Shown here: positions 27,551 through 39,865 of the stretch, one piece after another | Layout of the letters: each line of letters begins with the position of its first letter | Position numbering within the stretch: the first letter of the stretch is position 1 | Assembly (NCBI GenBank): GCA_051294375.1 | Contig: CM119268.1 | Location: 14,873,897 to 14,937,896, forward strand | Direction of reading: 5' to 3' | Length of the DNA: 64,000 nt | DNA from: Paraspadella gotoi | Lineage: Eukaryota; Animalia; Chaetognatha | The notes under the pieces: generated by a model | Told to the model about the DNA's origin: nothing | What the model saw: the letters and a program-made list of their open reading frames with translations, nothing else | The model's database searches: none | Made by a program: the position numbers and the translations under genes

Positions 27551-28915
27551 GGGAATCGCTTTTCTCGCTCCTGTTTATGAGCTCCTAAACTGAAACGACG
27601 TTGAAAAGGGAAACTCTCGTCAAGAAGATGATAACGCGCAACGGGAAGGAAAAAAAAAGGGTAAGCACACATTCAGAAAAAGAAATATGTAAAAAAAAAA
27701 AAAAACACCAAAAAAATGTAACGAGCGGGTTGGCGTAAGATAACGAAATAACGAAATTATACTTTTTGAGAAACAAGACTTCATATAATCATAAACTAAA
27801 TTTCTCGAAAAGAAAAAAATATCAAAAACTTCACTTCGGTTTTTTTTTATTTGTTTACTTATTTTTTGTTTGCTTTTTTTCCTCGTTCTATTTTTCAAAG
27901 GAAGAGACGAGGAATTCCTTCAAAGGAATTATTTTTTTTCTTTTATCTCGAACTCGCTCTCTCTCATTCTTTCTTTTATCTCTATAACTCCTTTATCACC
28001 GACGTCATTTTGTAAAAATAATTCTCTATCTCGATTTAACCATTTAAAACAACATTTTTTTCTCCCATCGCCACATTCATTCAGAAGTTGAAGCGAAAGA
28101 AACTTCCGCCTCTTTTTCCATTTTGCCTAAACATTTCTTCTCTCAAATCATCAACGACGAAATTACGCTTATTCATTTCTGTCCATTCCATTCTTTTTTC
28201 CTTCTCGTAAAGACTTCGACGATCCAGGGTTATTTCGAAAATCGAGCACTTGGAAAATGTTGTTGATGTGACGTTTCGAGTAGATGGCATCAATTGAGAT
28301 TGCGAGTAGATGGCATCAATTAAGATTTAGAGTAGATGGCATCAAAATTTCACTTTCAGCGAGTGAATTCTCGACATAGGCAGATCACTGAGTTGGACTA
28401 GTTGCGTCTTTAACTTCTTCTTCATTTTTATCATTTATTATTTTTCTGAATGCAAAATGATGCTAACCATCACGCATTATTCGTTTTTTCAATATTTGTT
28501 TCACGATTTCTCATATTTTATCGAATGCAATCACGGGAAGAAGGATTTCTCTAATTATGTCATTGACAGTAGACAACGAAACATAATGTTTTTATTTAAA
28601 AAAAAAACGACAAAACAAATTACAAAATTTATAGATATTTCTGAATTGAAAGGAATCATCCATTACTGCGAGAAAAATCATTAAGGGATTAATGGGAAAA
28701 ACATAACAAAAAAAATAAAAAGAGTCAAAATTTTGGTTAATAAATAATAGATGGAAATTATTAGCCATAAACTTTAACAATTTAATGTTATATACTATGA
28801 GCCGTTACCCATAATCTCTCTAATATTGATTCAATTCATATCATTAAGAACTCTTTTGTTTCGCTTCTCATTTATCACTTCTTTTATCAGTAGTTGTGGT
28901 AAAGACAAATTTTAC

Positions 28916-28964
<49 letters not shown>

Positions 28965-29511
28965 TTTGGGAGATTCCTTCCCCACAGGGGGTTCTCTCTC
29001 GTTTCTTTCACTCAGAGGCGCCTCTCGCCATAATTCACAATCGGAGGATATTTTCACGCAGAGGCTGGAGTCTTTTTCAACGAGTCTCTTTTTTTCCCCC
29101 GAGCATCACGACACAAAGAAACGCGATTTAAATCTTGAGAAATAATATTCACGGAATATTAATCAATAACGTTAATATTAATTCAAGTTACAACTTACAA
29201 CATGCGGTCATATTGTAATAAACGAATTTATGACCTGTCTTTCATTAGTGGTTTCGTTTTTTTTGGTTTTTTTTCTTTTTCTTCGCCTTTTTCTTTTTTT
29301 ATTTTCTCCTCCTCCTTCTCCTCCTGCTCATCCTCCTCTTTTCCTCCCTCTCTCCCAAAGCACCTTCCAAATGAAATCATTTTTTTCAGTTCTTAGTTTC
29401 TCTCATGCAAAGGTTCACACCATTTTTCTTAGCCGCCTTTTCCAAGTAAAAGCTAAAGCAAATATGGAGTCTCTCTCTCTCTCTCTCTCTCCTCTTCTCT
29501 CCTCCTCTCCG

Positions 29512-29543
<32 letters not shown>

Positions 29544-29720
29544 CTCTTTTTTTTTTCTCACCTTTTCTTTCTTTAATTCTCTCACTATCTCTTTTCCAAA
29601 AGCGTTACCTGTTGGCTCCAGGATCTGAAATTTGAATAAGTGCGCTTTGTAAAAATAATGATACTTCGAAGAACTTCCAAGAAAGTGAACTTAAAGTTGC
29701 CGCATCTATTTTAAAGGATA

Positions 29721-29796
<76 letters not shown>

Positions 29797-29836
29797 TATT
29801 TATGGATTGAATGATTGATTGATTGATTGATTGATT
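29721..29836. repeat. (GATT)n microsatellite abutting the exon 3 acceptor; degenerate copy at 19027-19090
   Basis: Direct reading. Confidence 0.95.
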
Positions 29837-29847
29837 CTTTTTTTTAG

Positions 29848-30095
29848 GACGGCGCCGGGATCTACCCTTGCCGCGAGCTTTGTCTCCGCGTCCGCCAAGC
29901 CTGTCGCCCCTTCCTTAGACAACTGGCTTACGATTGGCCGAAGGCGCTGCGTTGCAATGAATTCGCGTGGCGGCAGGAACCGCCGCCGCAGCAGCAGCAG
30001 CAGGAGGAGGAGAAGGAAGATCTTGAAAGAGCGGACCCCATCGACCCGGGGATGGCGAAGGACAGATGCATCGCCGACTTTCCCTCGCCCAACAG
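29848..30095 (+). CDS. Frizzled-CRD protein, exon 3 (CRD Cys6-10)
   Basis: Acceptor tttttag, phase 0 as required by exon 2. Reads DGAGIYPCRELCLRVRQACRPFLRQLAYDWPKALRCNEF...KDRCIADFPSP, the PCR.LC...R..C........WP..L.C motif. Donor GTGTGG at 30096; the last few bases are uncertain. Confidence 0.9.
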
Positions 30096-32419
30096 GTGTG
30101 GTTCCAATATTTTTTTTTTTTTACATTTTAACATTTTCTCTGGGGGCGGGTGGGGCAAACTAGTGCTTTGCACGTCGATTCTTTCCACTGGTGGTTGACG
30201 TCTGCCTTTGATGCTTCTATATTGACCCGGGAACATCGGAAGACTTCCCCAGTGGGTCGCCGAGTAAATTGGGTCTTACAAACATCGTAAAATCAACCCG
30301 GAGTCGAATCCGAGGGCACCCGGCGAGCCACGCCCCCTTCCTAACGCCGCCGCTCTAACGCCAACTGATCCCGATATATTCCCGACGCGACCTCTGACGG
30401 ACGAAAAAGAGAAAACCCGTCGAGAGAATCACGTGAAGAAAGAAACATAAAACGGGATCTAACGAGCGAGCGACCTGGGTTGGTCGAGTCGGGGAGTCTT
30501 CCCGTTGGAGGAGTCGATGTAACGAGAGGAGGGGAGGAAGGGAAGGGAAAAGAGAATCCAAGGGTTTGGACGGATCATATTGAGAACGAAGAACTAAAAT
30601 GTAAAATGTAAAAAAAAATATGCTGATGAAAGGCGGAGGTACTCGGGGTCCAAACTGTCGCGATAGAAGATTAAAAATCCTGAAAGAATTTTTCTTTTCT
30701 TTTTGATTAAAGTTGGAATATTGAAATATTTAGGAAGAAAAATTTCTGACTCGTTCTTTCGGGATTTTATAAATATAGTGAAATTTTTATATTAAAGCTT
30801 TTTTTCAGTTTTGGGGTGTTTTTAGGATAGAATTAAGAGCTTTTTTTAGTTTTAAGTATTAAAAGTATCGGTTTATAACTCTCAACTATTCAAAGACGAT
30901 AACGTAACCATCGGGGAAAAGGGGACACGTAAATATAAGGTAGAGTAAACGAAATGAAAAACAGTTTCCCTCTGAGGCGGGTGAACGGCATGGGATGGAA
31001 AGGGGGGCGGATGGAACGGATGGCGGGGTGGCCGCAAAAAAAGTCGTTTTAATCTGGGAAAGGATTTAAATCAGTCGGGAAAGGACATTTAATCAGCCTT
31101 AAAGGAAAATAAAGCGGGGGAGGTAGTCAAAGGTGGGTGGGCCGGGAGGGAGTGGGCGTTGACGGAGCTGTCCGCGACAAAAGCTAAACTGACTCTTTTT
31201 TTTCTCTCTCTTTTTTTTTGCTGAGAGAGATGGCGTTTCCAATCAAAGATTAAAACAATGAATAAATGGTGACAGTGGGAATTCGGTCGGATGAATAAGT
31301 GAAACAAATGATGAGTCCGAGTTTGAAAAATTAATCATCGCTTGCATCTTCCACGATATTTCATTACTTATCTTGCCTTACCTCATCCGCACCTTAACCT
31401 TCTTCATTTCTCTATTCCCTTCTACCCAATCCTCCCTCCCCCCTTTTTCCTACTTCCTCCTCCCATTTTTCTCATTTAATTTTCATCCTCGGTTTTTCTT
31501 CTTTTTTTTTCTCATTCCCCTCAGGTACCCTAGGGTCCCCGACGAGACAGAGATTTCCTCCTTCCCCTTCTCTCCCCCGAGGGAGGAAGAGGATGATGAG
31601 GATGAGGCGGGCAGCGGCGAGAAGTGGAGGAAAGGGAGGAAGAGGAAATTCGGGAAACACAAACCGAGAAGGTGAGTTCTTTTGTTTCCATTTTTCTTTT
31701 TTTTTTTTTTGTTTCTTTCTTTCTCGAAAGAGGGAAGAAGTTGATTAAAAATTAGTCGTGGACTTCTTTTTTTTTTAACGAGTCTTTAAGTTATAAATAC
31801 TATTTATTAGATTATTTTCGAAAAAGGGAAGAAGTTTAGGATTTAATTAACAATTTTTTACATATACGTAGTGCGATGATTACAATAAGTAACCGTTATT
31901 AATTCCTGAAGAAAAAAAAATTTCACAGAAAAGTTATGAAAGTAATCACGAGAATTCTAATAAGAATTTTCATTCTCTGCTATGATTTTGCAATTTTCTT
32001 TCTTTACGATTTTTGTACAGATATTTATATCTGTATTTTTGTATAAAAGTTGGAATGAGAGAATAGGAAAGATATGCTAAGATTATTTCCGCAAGTCAAA
32101 GCGAGAATAGAATAATGGGGTTCTTTCTTTTTCTTTTCTTTCGCCTTTTTTTTTCTTTCTCATTATCCCGAGTTGTTGCTGGCATTGGCAGTCTGGTTCG
32201 GTCCTCGGAGCCTTCAGCATAAAGACGACTCTTCATTTGGAAACAAAGACTCAGGACGAGAAAGGGAACCTTTTTCTTCCCTTCAACCTTTAGCTTAATG
32301 CCAAACCTTTCACCTGGCTCATCTATATAGGAAGGAAAGAAAGAAAGAAAGCAAGAAAGAAAAAAAAAGAAAAAAAGAAAGAAAGAAAAAACGTGCGAAA
32401 GAAGGAAAAAAACGTGCGA

Positions 32420-32499
<80 letters not shown>

Positions 32500-34096
32500 A
32501 AAAAAGAAATAGAAAAATAAAGCAAGAAAAAAAAGAAAGAAAAAACTAGCGAAAGAAGTAAAACATGAGCGAAAGAAGGAAAAAATGAGCGAAAGAAAGA
32601 AAGAAAGAGAGAAAAAACGAAAGAAAGAAAGAAAAAGAAAAAAAGGAAATAAAGAGAGAAAGAAAGAGAAAAAGAAAATGTTTTGGTTTTGGGTTCGATC
32701 GTAAAAGTAGATGGGTGGTCGCGGGTTGAACTGTAAAAAGGAAGGGGTTGGGTCGTTCGAGATTTTAGGGTTGTTTCCAGTTCCAACTCGGATTTTTAAT
32801 TTTATGTATATGTTCTGTCTAGGCTAATTTCAAAATAAGGTCATTGGCCATGGAGAAGTAATTTATTGAATTTATTTAGCGTCTTTAGGCCAAAAAAAAG
32901 TTGGAAAAAAAAAAGATGACCAAGAAGAGGTCACGTGACACGTAGCACTCCATCCTCCAGTCTTCGCTTCGAATAGAACGAATCGAGAGATGACCCTTAG
33001 TTTCTTTCACTCCTAACCGCACCCCCTCGACCCCACCCCATTTCACTCCCTCATCACTCCCCGGCGCCGGAAAGAGCGGAAATGGCGCTCGAACCGGAAT
33101 TTCCTTCGATAAACAGAAAAGAAAAAAAAAACGAAAAATAAAAGTGAATGAACGACCAAAAAAAATACTAGAAAAAAAATGGCGAAGGCGCGAAATAGAA
33201 AAAGCAAATAACGACGAAACTGGAAAATAGAATAAAAAAATGAAGGAAAGGGAGGAAAGGAAAGTAAAAAAAAGAAGAGGAAAGAACCACATACGACGCA
33301 GAGAGAAATTTGATGCCAAATTGAGTGGAAAAGTAAAAAAATGCAATGAGAAGAAAAAAAAAGAAAATCTTAATTTGGCGGGAAATTGTATTTGGTCGTG
33401 GCCATCGATACATTCCAGTCCAGATCACAAAAACAACGACAAACAAATTCTTTATTTCTCTTTCTCTCTCTCTCTCTCTCTCATCTCTTCTTTCTTTCTT
33501 GATTCTTTCCTTTCTTTCTTTCTTTCTATCTCTCTCNNNNNNNNNNNNNNNNNNNNNNNNNNNNNNNNNNNNNNNNNNNNNNNNNNNNNNNNNNNNNNNN
33601 NNNNNNNNNNNNNNNNNNNNNNNNNNNNNNNNNNNNNNNNNNNNNNNNNNNNNNNNNNNNNNNNNNNNNNNNNNNNNNNNNNNNNNNNNNNNNNNNNNNN
33701 NNNNNNNNNNNNNNNNNNNNNNNNNNNNNNNNNNNNNNNNNNNNNNNNNNNNNNNNNNNNCAGCCGCCGATTTACAGCCCAGGTTCAATTGGCCGGAAAT
33801 TGGGGAGGGAGGGGTAGGGGTATGGCATGGCATGGATCCGGTATGAGCCCCTGCGTGCCTGAGAGAGAGAGACGAATCGAGCCAATCACCAATTATTCGC
33901 AAAAGACGCGATTCTTCTGGGGCAGCTGATGATCTTTTGCGCAGACGACCCTCGTCGTTGGGTCAGGAGGGAGCGAGAGGGAGACAGGAGGGATAATGTT
34001 ATTGGAGAGAGACAACCCAACGAGAAGAAGCGGGGCGTAGCATATTAGCAAGTAATAGGATACGCGATTAGCGGCTCGAGACACAGGGAAAATTGT

Positions 34097-34132
<36 letters not shown>

Positions 34133-34613
34133 AGAGAGAGAGAGAAACGATGATAAATAAATGAATAGCATGTTTTTGCTGCAACGTCTACAAACTCTGA
34201 GAGAGGACACGCAAAAAAAAGAAAAAGAACAAAAAAGAGTAAAAACAAAAGTCAAACACAAACGGAGAAAGTAAAAAGAAAAAAACAGCAGAAAGAACTA
34301 CAACAACACAAAGATAAAACGAGGCTAGAATGAAAATCTAAAAATAGATATTAGTATATAACGGCCAAGAACGCCAAAAAAAAATGGGGCGGGGACCCAC
34401 GGTCGCCGACGGACACGAAAGAGAAAGAGTCCCTCACGCCATCGAGGAATCTCGACGCTGGCTCCGGTCGAGAAATGAAACGGAAAGGAGGAAAAAGAAA
34501 AAGAAAAGGAAGGAAAAAAAAAAAGGAAAGAGAAAAAGAAAATAAAAACCGCGAATCGGGAAGAAGAGAGAACGAAGCTAAACGGGAAATATGGCGGAGT
34601 TTGATTAAAGATT

Positions 34614-34679
<66 letters not shown>

Positions 34680-35004
34680 TCGTCGTCGTCGTCGTCGTTG
34701 AGTTCTTCCGAGTAGAAAAAGAATAATAAAAATTGTGGGGCAGAAAAGGGAACAGGCATGCGAAGGCAAACTGCGGTTTTCGAGAAAGATGTCGCGTTCA
34801 TTCTCGATTTATTGATTGGTTTTAAGAATGATTGATTGGTTGAATGAATTTTTTCGCAGTATCTGTATTTTTGGAGAAATGTTTGATTTTCAAATTTTAC
34901 TTTCATAAACGATAAAAAAAAATGTTGTCGAATATTTCGTTATAAGTTATTATGGCTTTTATGTCAGTGATCTATTGAATGTTTATTTCAAACATTGATA
35001 GACC

Positions 35005-35040
35005 GATTGGTTGATTAGTTATTTGATTATTTGATTGATA

Positions 35041-35103
<63 letters not shown>

Positions 35104-35124
35104 CAATCGATCGATCAATCGATT
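35005..35124. repeat. (GATT)n microsatellite abutting the exon 4 acceptor
   Basis: Direct reading. Confidence 0.95.
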
Positions 35125-35146
35125 ATTTTCTTTCCCAAACTTACAG

Positions 35147-35554
35147 ACGACATTCCCTTCGTCGTCTCCGGCGAGGACAACCGCTACTACGAGTATCGAG
35201 AAAACCGCAAGAGCGAGATCGACGGCAACGTCGACGACGACGGCATCGACGACGACAACGCCGACGACGACGAAGACGACGACAGGGATCCCGCCTCCTA
35301 TTCCCAATTCCCCTTCGAGCGTCACGTGTCCACCTATCGCGAAAACGCGCCTTCCGCCAATCCCCGCGCCAACCCTGGCGACCAGTACGCGACCCGCGAG
35401 TCGGCACGGTCCCCGTACGTAACCCGCGGGTACAAGGATAACGAAAACGACGGGCGGCGCCACCCGTATGTAACCGACGACCGGTGGGAATCGAAATCGG
35501 ACGGAATTTATTTGGAAGAGGATCCGACGCCGAAGAAAGAAGAGGGCGATGGAG
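35147..35554 (+). CDS. Frizzled-CRD protein, exon 4 (acidic Tyr-rich stalk)
   Basis: Acceptor cttacag, donor G|GTTAGT; 408 nt, phase 1-1, open: DDIPFVVSGEDNRYYEY...DDDNADDDEDDDRDPASYSQFPF...KKEEGDG; C-ending codon bias like the CRD exons. Assignment to this gene is inferred from strand, order and phase. Confidence 0.7.
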
Positions 35555-37263
35555 GTTAGTGGGGTGGCGGTGGGAGGGAGGTTGATTTAGGGTAGCTGGG
35601 TGGGAGTGGTGGTTTCTGGGTGGAAATTGGACGGGGAGTTGAATCGGACGGAACTCCTCCTCTACCGGAAGCGATGGAGGAGAAGTAGGATAACGAGAAA
35701 AAAAATCCCGATCTTCTACATGTTGAGAATGTGGAAGAAACTGGGAAGAGATTCAATATTTGGGGACACGTTCTTCCCATTCTGAACACCAGGGAACCTG
35801 ACTTAACTTATTTTTATTTATTAAACTCTTAATGTTTCGGTGAATTAATAAAAAAATTTGAGAATTAAGTAAAGTGAGAACGTCTAATGGCGACATGTCC
35901 CGATTCTAATCGAAGCCAAGAGGTAAGTTATCACTGGGCTCTACTACCAAAGCCCAAAATATTTTATCTTAATAAAGTCAACGAAGGACAAAGGTAAGGA
36001 AACCGTGGGGACCTTGAAAGGTAAGGAAAAGACACGAAAGCCTTACTCTTTTGTTTCCTGACCTAATTCTCAAGACAAGAGCTTCTTCGTTCCTCGGTAT
36101 TTTGAAAGGAATTCGAAACTTCTTTTTCGGCCGAGAGATCATGGACTGAATTTCTTTGTACGCGTAGTTGTTATCTTTCGTTGACGCTTTTGATTTCCAT
36201 ACCATGATTAAAATAAATGTTTGGCAAGGTGGGTTTTCAGAGTAGTGTTTTATTAATTAACAACACCTTTTGCATGTGATGTCGTGATTAACATCCCTTT
36301 ATCATAAAGTCTCCAACTCTCTATCTTGTACTAAATTTTTTTTTTTTAAGTTGAGATTCTAGATGTTAAAAAAGTCTCTCGATTGCATGATTTAGGTTTA
36401 AACATTTAGCACAGTATACTGTATTAAATAACAACAAATCCTCAGCACAAAGCCGTCATTTAAGTCTTATCATTGAACTAGTAAAACGTTTTTTGTCTTC
36501 CTCCTACGTTCGTTTCTCGTCTTTTCACGATGAAAAAAAAAACCCTAACTCAGCGGGATCTCCACCCTGTAACCTTCACTCACTTTCCTAACCACCACGA
36601 AGCCTACTCGACTCACCCCCCTACCCTTTCACCGTTTGACGCGCGGCTTTCGCTTTAAAACCCATTAAAGCCGAATTCGACGTCGGCGAGGTAAGTTAAG
36701 CGGCCATTACCATCCGCGTCGCTCAGTTCGATTGCGGTCTCGAGTAAATTTTAAAATTCCCCACCAAATAAATTATCGGCGCCTATTTGCGGAGGAGGAG
36801 GAGGAAGAGGAGGAGGTAGGGGTGGGGAAGAGGAAGAGGAGGAGAGGATCTAGCAGGGGATGGCGTAACGGTGAAAAAAGAGTCACAATCTCACGGGGGG
36901 AAAATTGTGAGTGATGAGGAAGAAACGAAGAACAACGTGGGAGAGAGATAATGGAAAATAATAGAAGTCGCAGCAAAATTTTAAAAAGAGGACGATTTAT
37001 CGTGAGGAGTTGATGATAATCGTTTCAGTCAAACTAGATTAATTAGATTGTCTTTTTTTTAATTAAAAAAAAAAACCTTTTCATTTTCATTTAATGTCGT
37101 TCATCTTTCGTAACTTTTTTTTTCCTTTCTTGCCTCTCTTTCTCTATCTCTTCTATTTGTTTCCGCTATCGCTGCCTCGGCTCGCTCTCGCACGCTCTTT
37201 CTCTCTCGCTCTCCCTCGCGCTATCGCATTCCCGGCCGACGCTGCCCCCCCAAACGTACTCAG

Positions 37264-37575
37264 TCTTCCGCCGCCGACCCGTCGACGCCAACAGCCTCAC
37301 CATCAAAGACTTCTTCGACTTCTCCAGCGAAGAGGAAGTGGTTGAGCTGCCAACGCGCCCTCCATTCCTCGTCGGCATCACCGCCAACACTTACCAGTAC
37401 ATCGACGACGACAACGACGACGACGTCGACGAAGACGAAGAATACGGAGAAAACGAAGACGACGACTACGTTATCAGCGGCGAACAAGACAACGACGACG
37501 AAGACGACGACGACGACGAACGAACGAAAAGCTCCTACGATTACAAGGAGTTTCCTTTTTACGAGCAAAGAGACG
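37264..37575 (+). CDS. Frizzled-CRD protein, exon 5 (acidic stalk)
   Basis: Acceptor actcag, donor G|GTAAG; 312 nt, phase 1-1, open: VFRRRPVDANSLTIKDFFDFSSEEEVVELPTRPPFLVGITANTYQYIDDD...SSYDYKEFPFYEQRD. Confidence 0.72.
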
Positions 37576-38250
37576 GTAAGTCCTCTCGAGTCGCTCGATA
37601 ATGGCGCTTTGTCATGGCAGGGTATGGGATGGGGTGGAGGTATGGGGTGGTGGAATGGTGGGTGAGGGGGAGGTGGGTAAGTTGGTGGGTAAGTGGTCAA
37701 GCAGCGGATGGGATGAAAAGAGAGNNNNNNNNNNAAAAAAAAAAAGGAAACTCTATCTATGAAAAAAATGGAAAAGTTAAAAGTTTCAACGGTCATTTTT
37801 AAAATCGTAATTTTGTATGTATCATTATAAGATTTCTTTTTTTTTTCAAATGAACAACGAACGATAACGACGACGACGACGACGACGAAAATGAGCTCGA
37901 GACGAGAGGTATGATTGATGGGGGCCCCGAGGAGGCCGCGTCGAAGAGGGTGCAAAAGACGCTAATGAAATCATTAAAAATCAAGAGGAAAGAGAATCTA
38001 TACGAGGGAAGAATGTTATCGATGAAGACGACGACGACGACGACGACGACGACGATGATGATGACATCTCAAGTAGGCACGTTACTGTCAAGCTCAAATC
38101 CAGATTCTATTGATTTCTTTTTTAATCGATATCGTAGAACTTTATATTTCTTTTTAATGACTTCTCCGCGCGTCAATTAAGCCAAAGAAATTTTGAGAAA
38201 TCCCAAGCAAATTATCAATTTCGGTTTAACCTGTTTCTGGCTCGAGAACT

Positions 38251-38287
<37 letters not shown>

Positions 38288-38481
38288 TTGATGACAGAAA
38301 CGATGATAAAAGGGATCGATTACACGAAGTTCTTTTTAAAACGATTAATTTCCATCGATCAAAACTGGAAACTGATCGGCGGGAGGCATTTCAATTTTCA
38401 AGCTCTACCGATCGTCAGGTTCGGCGTAAGCGAGACTCTTACAATAATTGAATAAAGAAGACTTGATTGATCGAGGACTGG

Positions 38482-38557
38482 GAGTTTGGCCGCGACAAAT
38501 AGGATAGCGGATTATGAGTTTGGCTTATGAGTTTGGCCGCGACAAATAGGATAGCGG
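38482..38557. repeat. 29-bp direct repeat with a partial unit between the copies
   Basis: gagtttggccgcgacaaataggatagcgg at 38482 and 38529. Confidence 0.9.
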
Positions 38558-39271
38558 CTTACGACAGTCACTGATAATTTTTACCTTTTCTTTGACCTTT
38601 TTCTAACATTCCCAGCGACGTTTTGACAAAGGTGATGCGTTAAAAAGAAAGAACCATCAAGACTTCCTAAGGAAATCCGAAGGGCCTAGTTTGTCGGGCT
38701 TCATGAGAATGGCTCTTAAAAATCTTCGGGGATTCTTTTTCCACGATTCAGTCTAAGAAATATAGATCTTCAATAGGAAACGATTACAACCTTGTAGATA
38801 GTAATTTGACCAATTTTTCTGAATAAAAAGAGAGAAAGGAATTGTTTTCCGGATTTTCCCGCGTTAGCGAAATTGCAAAAAAAAATACGAAAACAAAATA
38901 TAAAGGCGAAAAGGAAAAAAAAGGCGGAAGGCATAATCGCTTGGCGATATCTACGTTTACCAGAAGGAAGAACCCCCCCCCCCCAAGGACCAAGTCGAAT
39001 TGTTTTCTCCGTAATTGTTATCATCTCCTTCGTCAAGAGTTGGCGCTGAAGTTGCGATCGAAAGAGATTTTTGTTTACCAATTGTTTTTTTTTCTCCTGA
39101 CATTCTTTGGTTATCAATTTCTTTTCATTATCATTTTCATCTTTTTCATTAAATCGCGATTTCGTTTCTCCCGGTTTTTAATGATAAATATTTTTTTTTA
39201 CATACTAACAATTATATAATTTGTTTCCCTTCCTTACCCCACAATCCCTCTCCGCCCTTTTTCCACCGCAG

Positions 39272-39521
39272 ACCCCTTCCACGCCCTCTACCCTTCCCCC
39301 GCATCTTCCTCCGCCGCCTCCCACCGCTCCTCCTCGTCCCCGGCCGGCGCCTCTCCACCTCACATGACCAGGGCGCGCGGCGTCGCTTCCGGCGGCGCCG
39401 GATTGGGCGGCGTCTCCTTCCTCGTTTTCCTGGCGCTGGTCTGCGCCGGCGCCATCCTCCTCGTCGTCGCGCTGACGTGCATCGTCCTCTACAACGTCGA
39501 CGCCAACGTGCAAAAGCAAAT
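39272..39521 (+). CDS. Frizzled-CRD protein, exon 6 (Ser/Pro linker and transmembrane helix)
   Basis: Acceptor ttttccaccgcag (phase 1, matches exon 5), donor AT|GTGAGT (phase 2). Reads DPFHALYPSP...GVSFLVFLALVCAGAILLVVALTCIVLYNVDANVQKQ with about 24 hydrophobic residues. Alternative: first exon of a separate type II protein from ATG 39364. Confidence 0.7.
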
Positions 39522-39591
39522 GTGAGTCGGTTGCTGTCGTCGTCGTTGTCGTCGTTGGTTTTTGTTGTTGTTTTTTTTATTATTATTATTA

Positions 39592-39662
<71 letters not shown>
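39592..39662. repeat. (GAT)n microsatellite
   Basis: Pure run. Confidence 0.97.
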
Positions 39663-39664
<2 letters not shown>

Positions 39665-39827
39665 ATTAAGATCATCATTGTCCTTTGTATCAGATTATGT
39701 TTTCATTGCAATCCTTCATATTGCAAATAGTTTTTTTGTTATTTCCCGCAAAGAACTCTTTTTTTGCAGCTGTTGACCGTAATTTTTATACCGTTTCAAC
39801 GAACTGGGGAATCAATCTTTCCAAGCG

Positions 39828-39865
<38 letters not shown>

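Larger units (their letters stand above)
11085..32480. repeat. Tandem duplication of about 10.7 kb (copy A about 11085-21648, copy B 21674 to about 32480) across a 25-N gap
   Basis: Collinear throughout (offset drifts from about 10585 to about 10850); differences are mostly 1-nt indels. Confidence 0.95.

Noticed and set aside
35923-36696. Extra stalk exons ending at strong GTAAGT donors (35923, 36691)
   Set aside because: No acceptor found that gives an open, phase-compatible exon.
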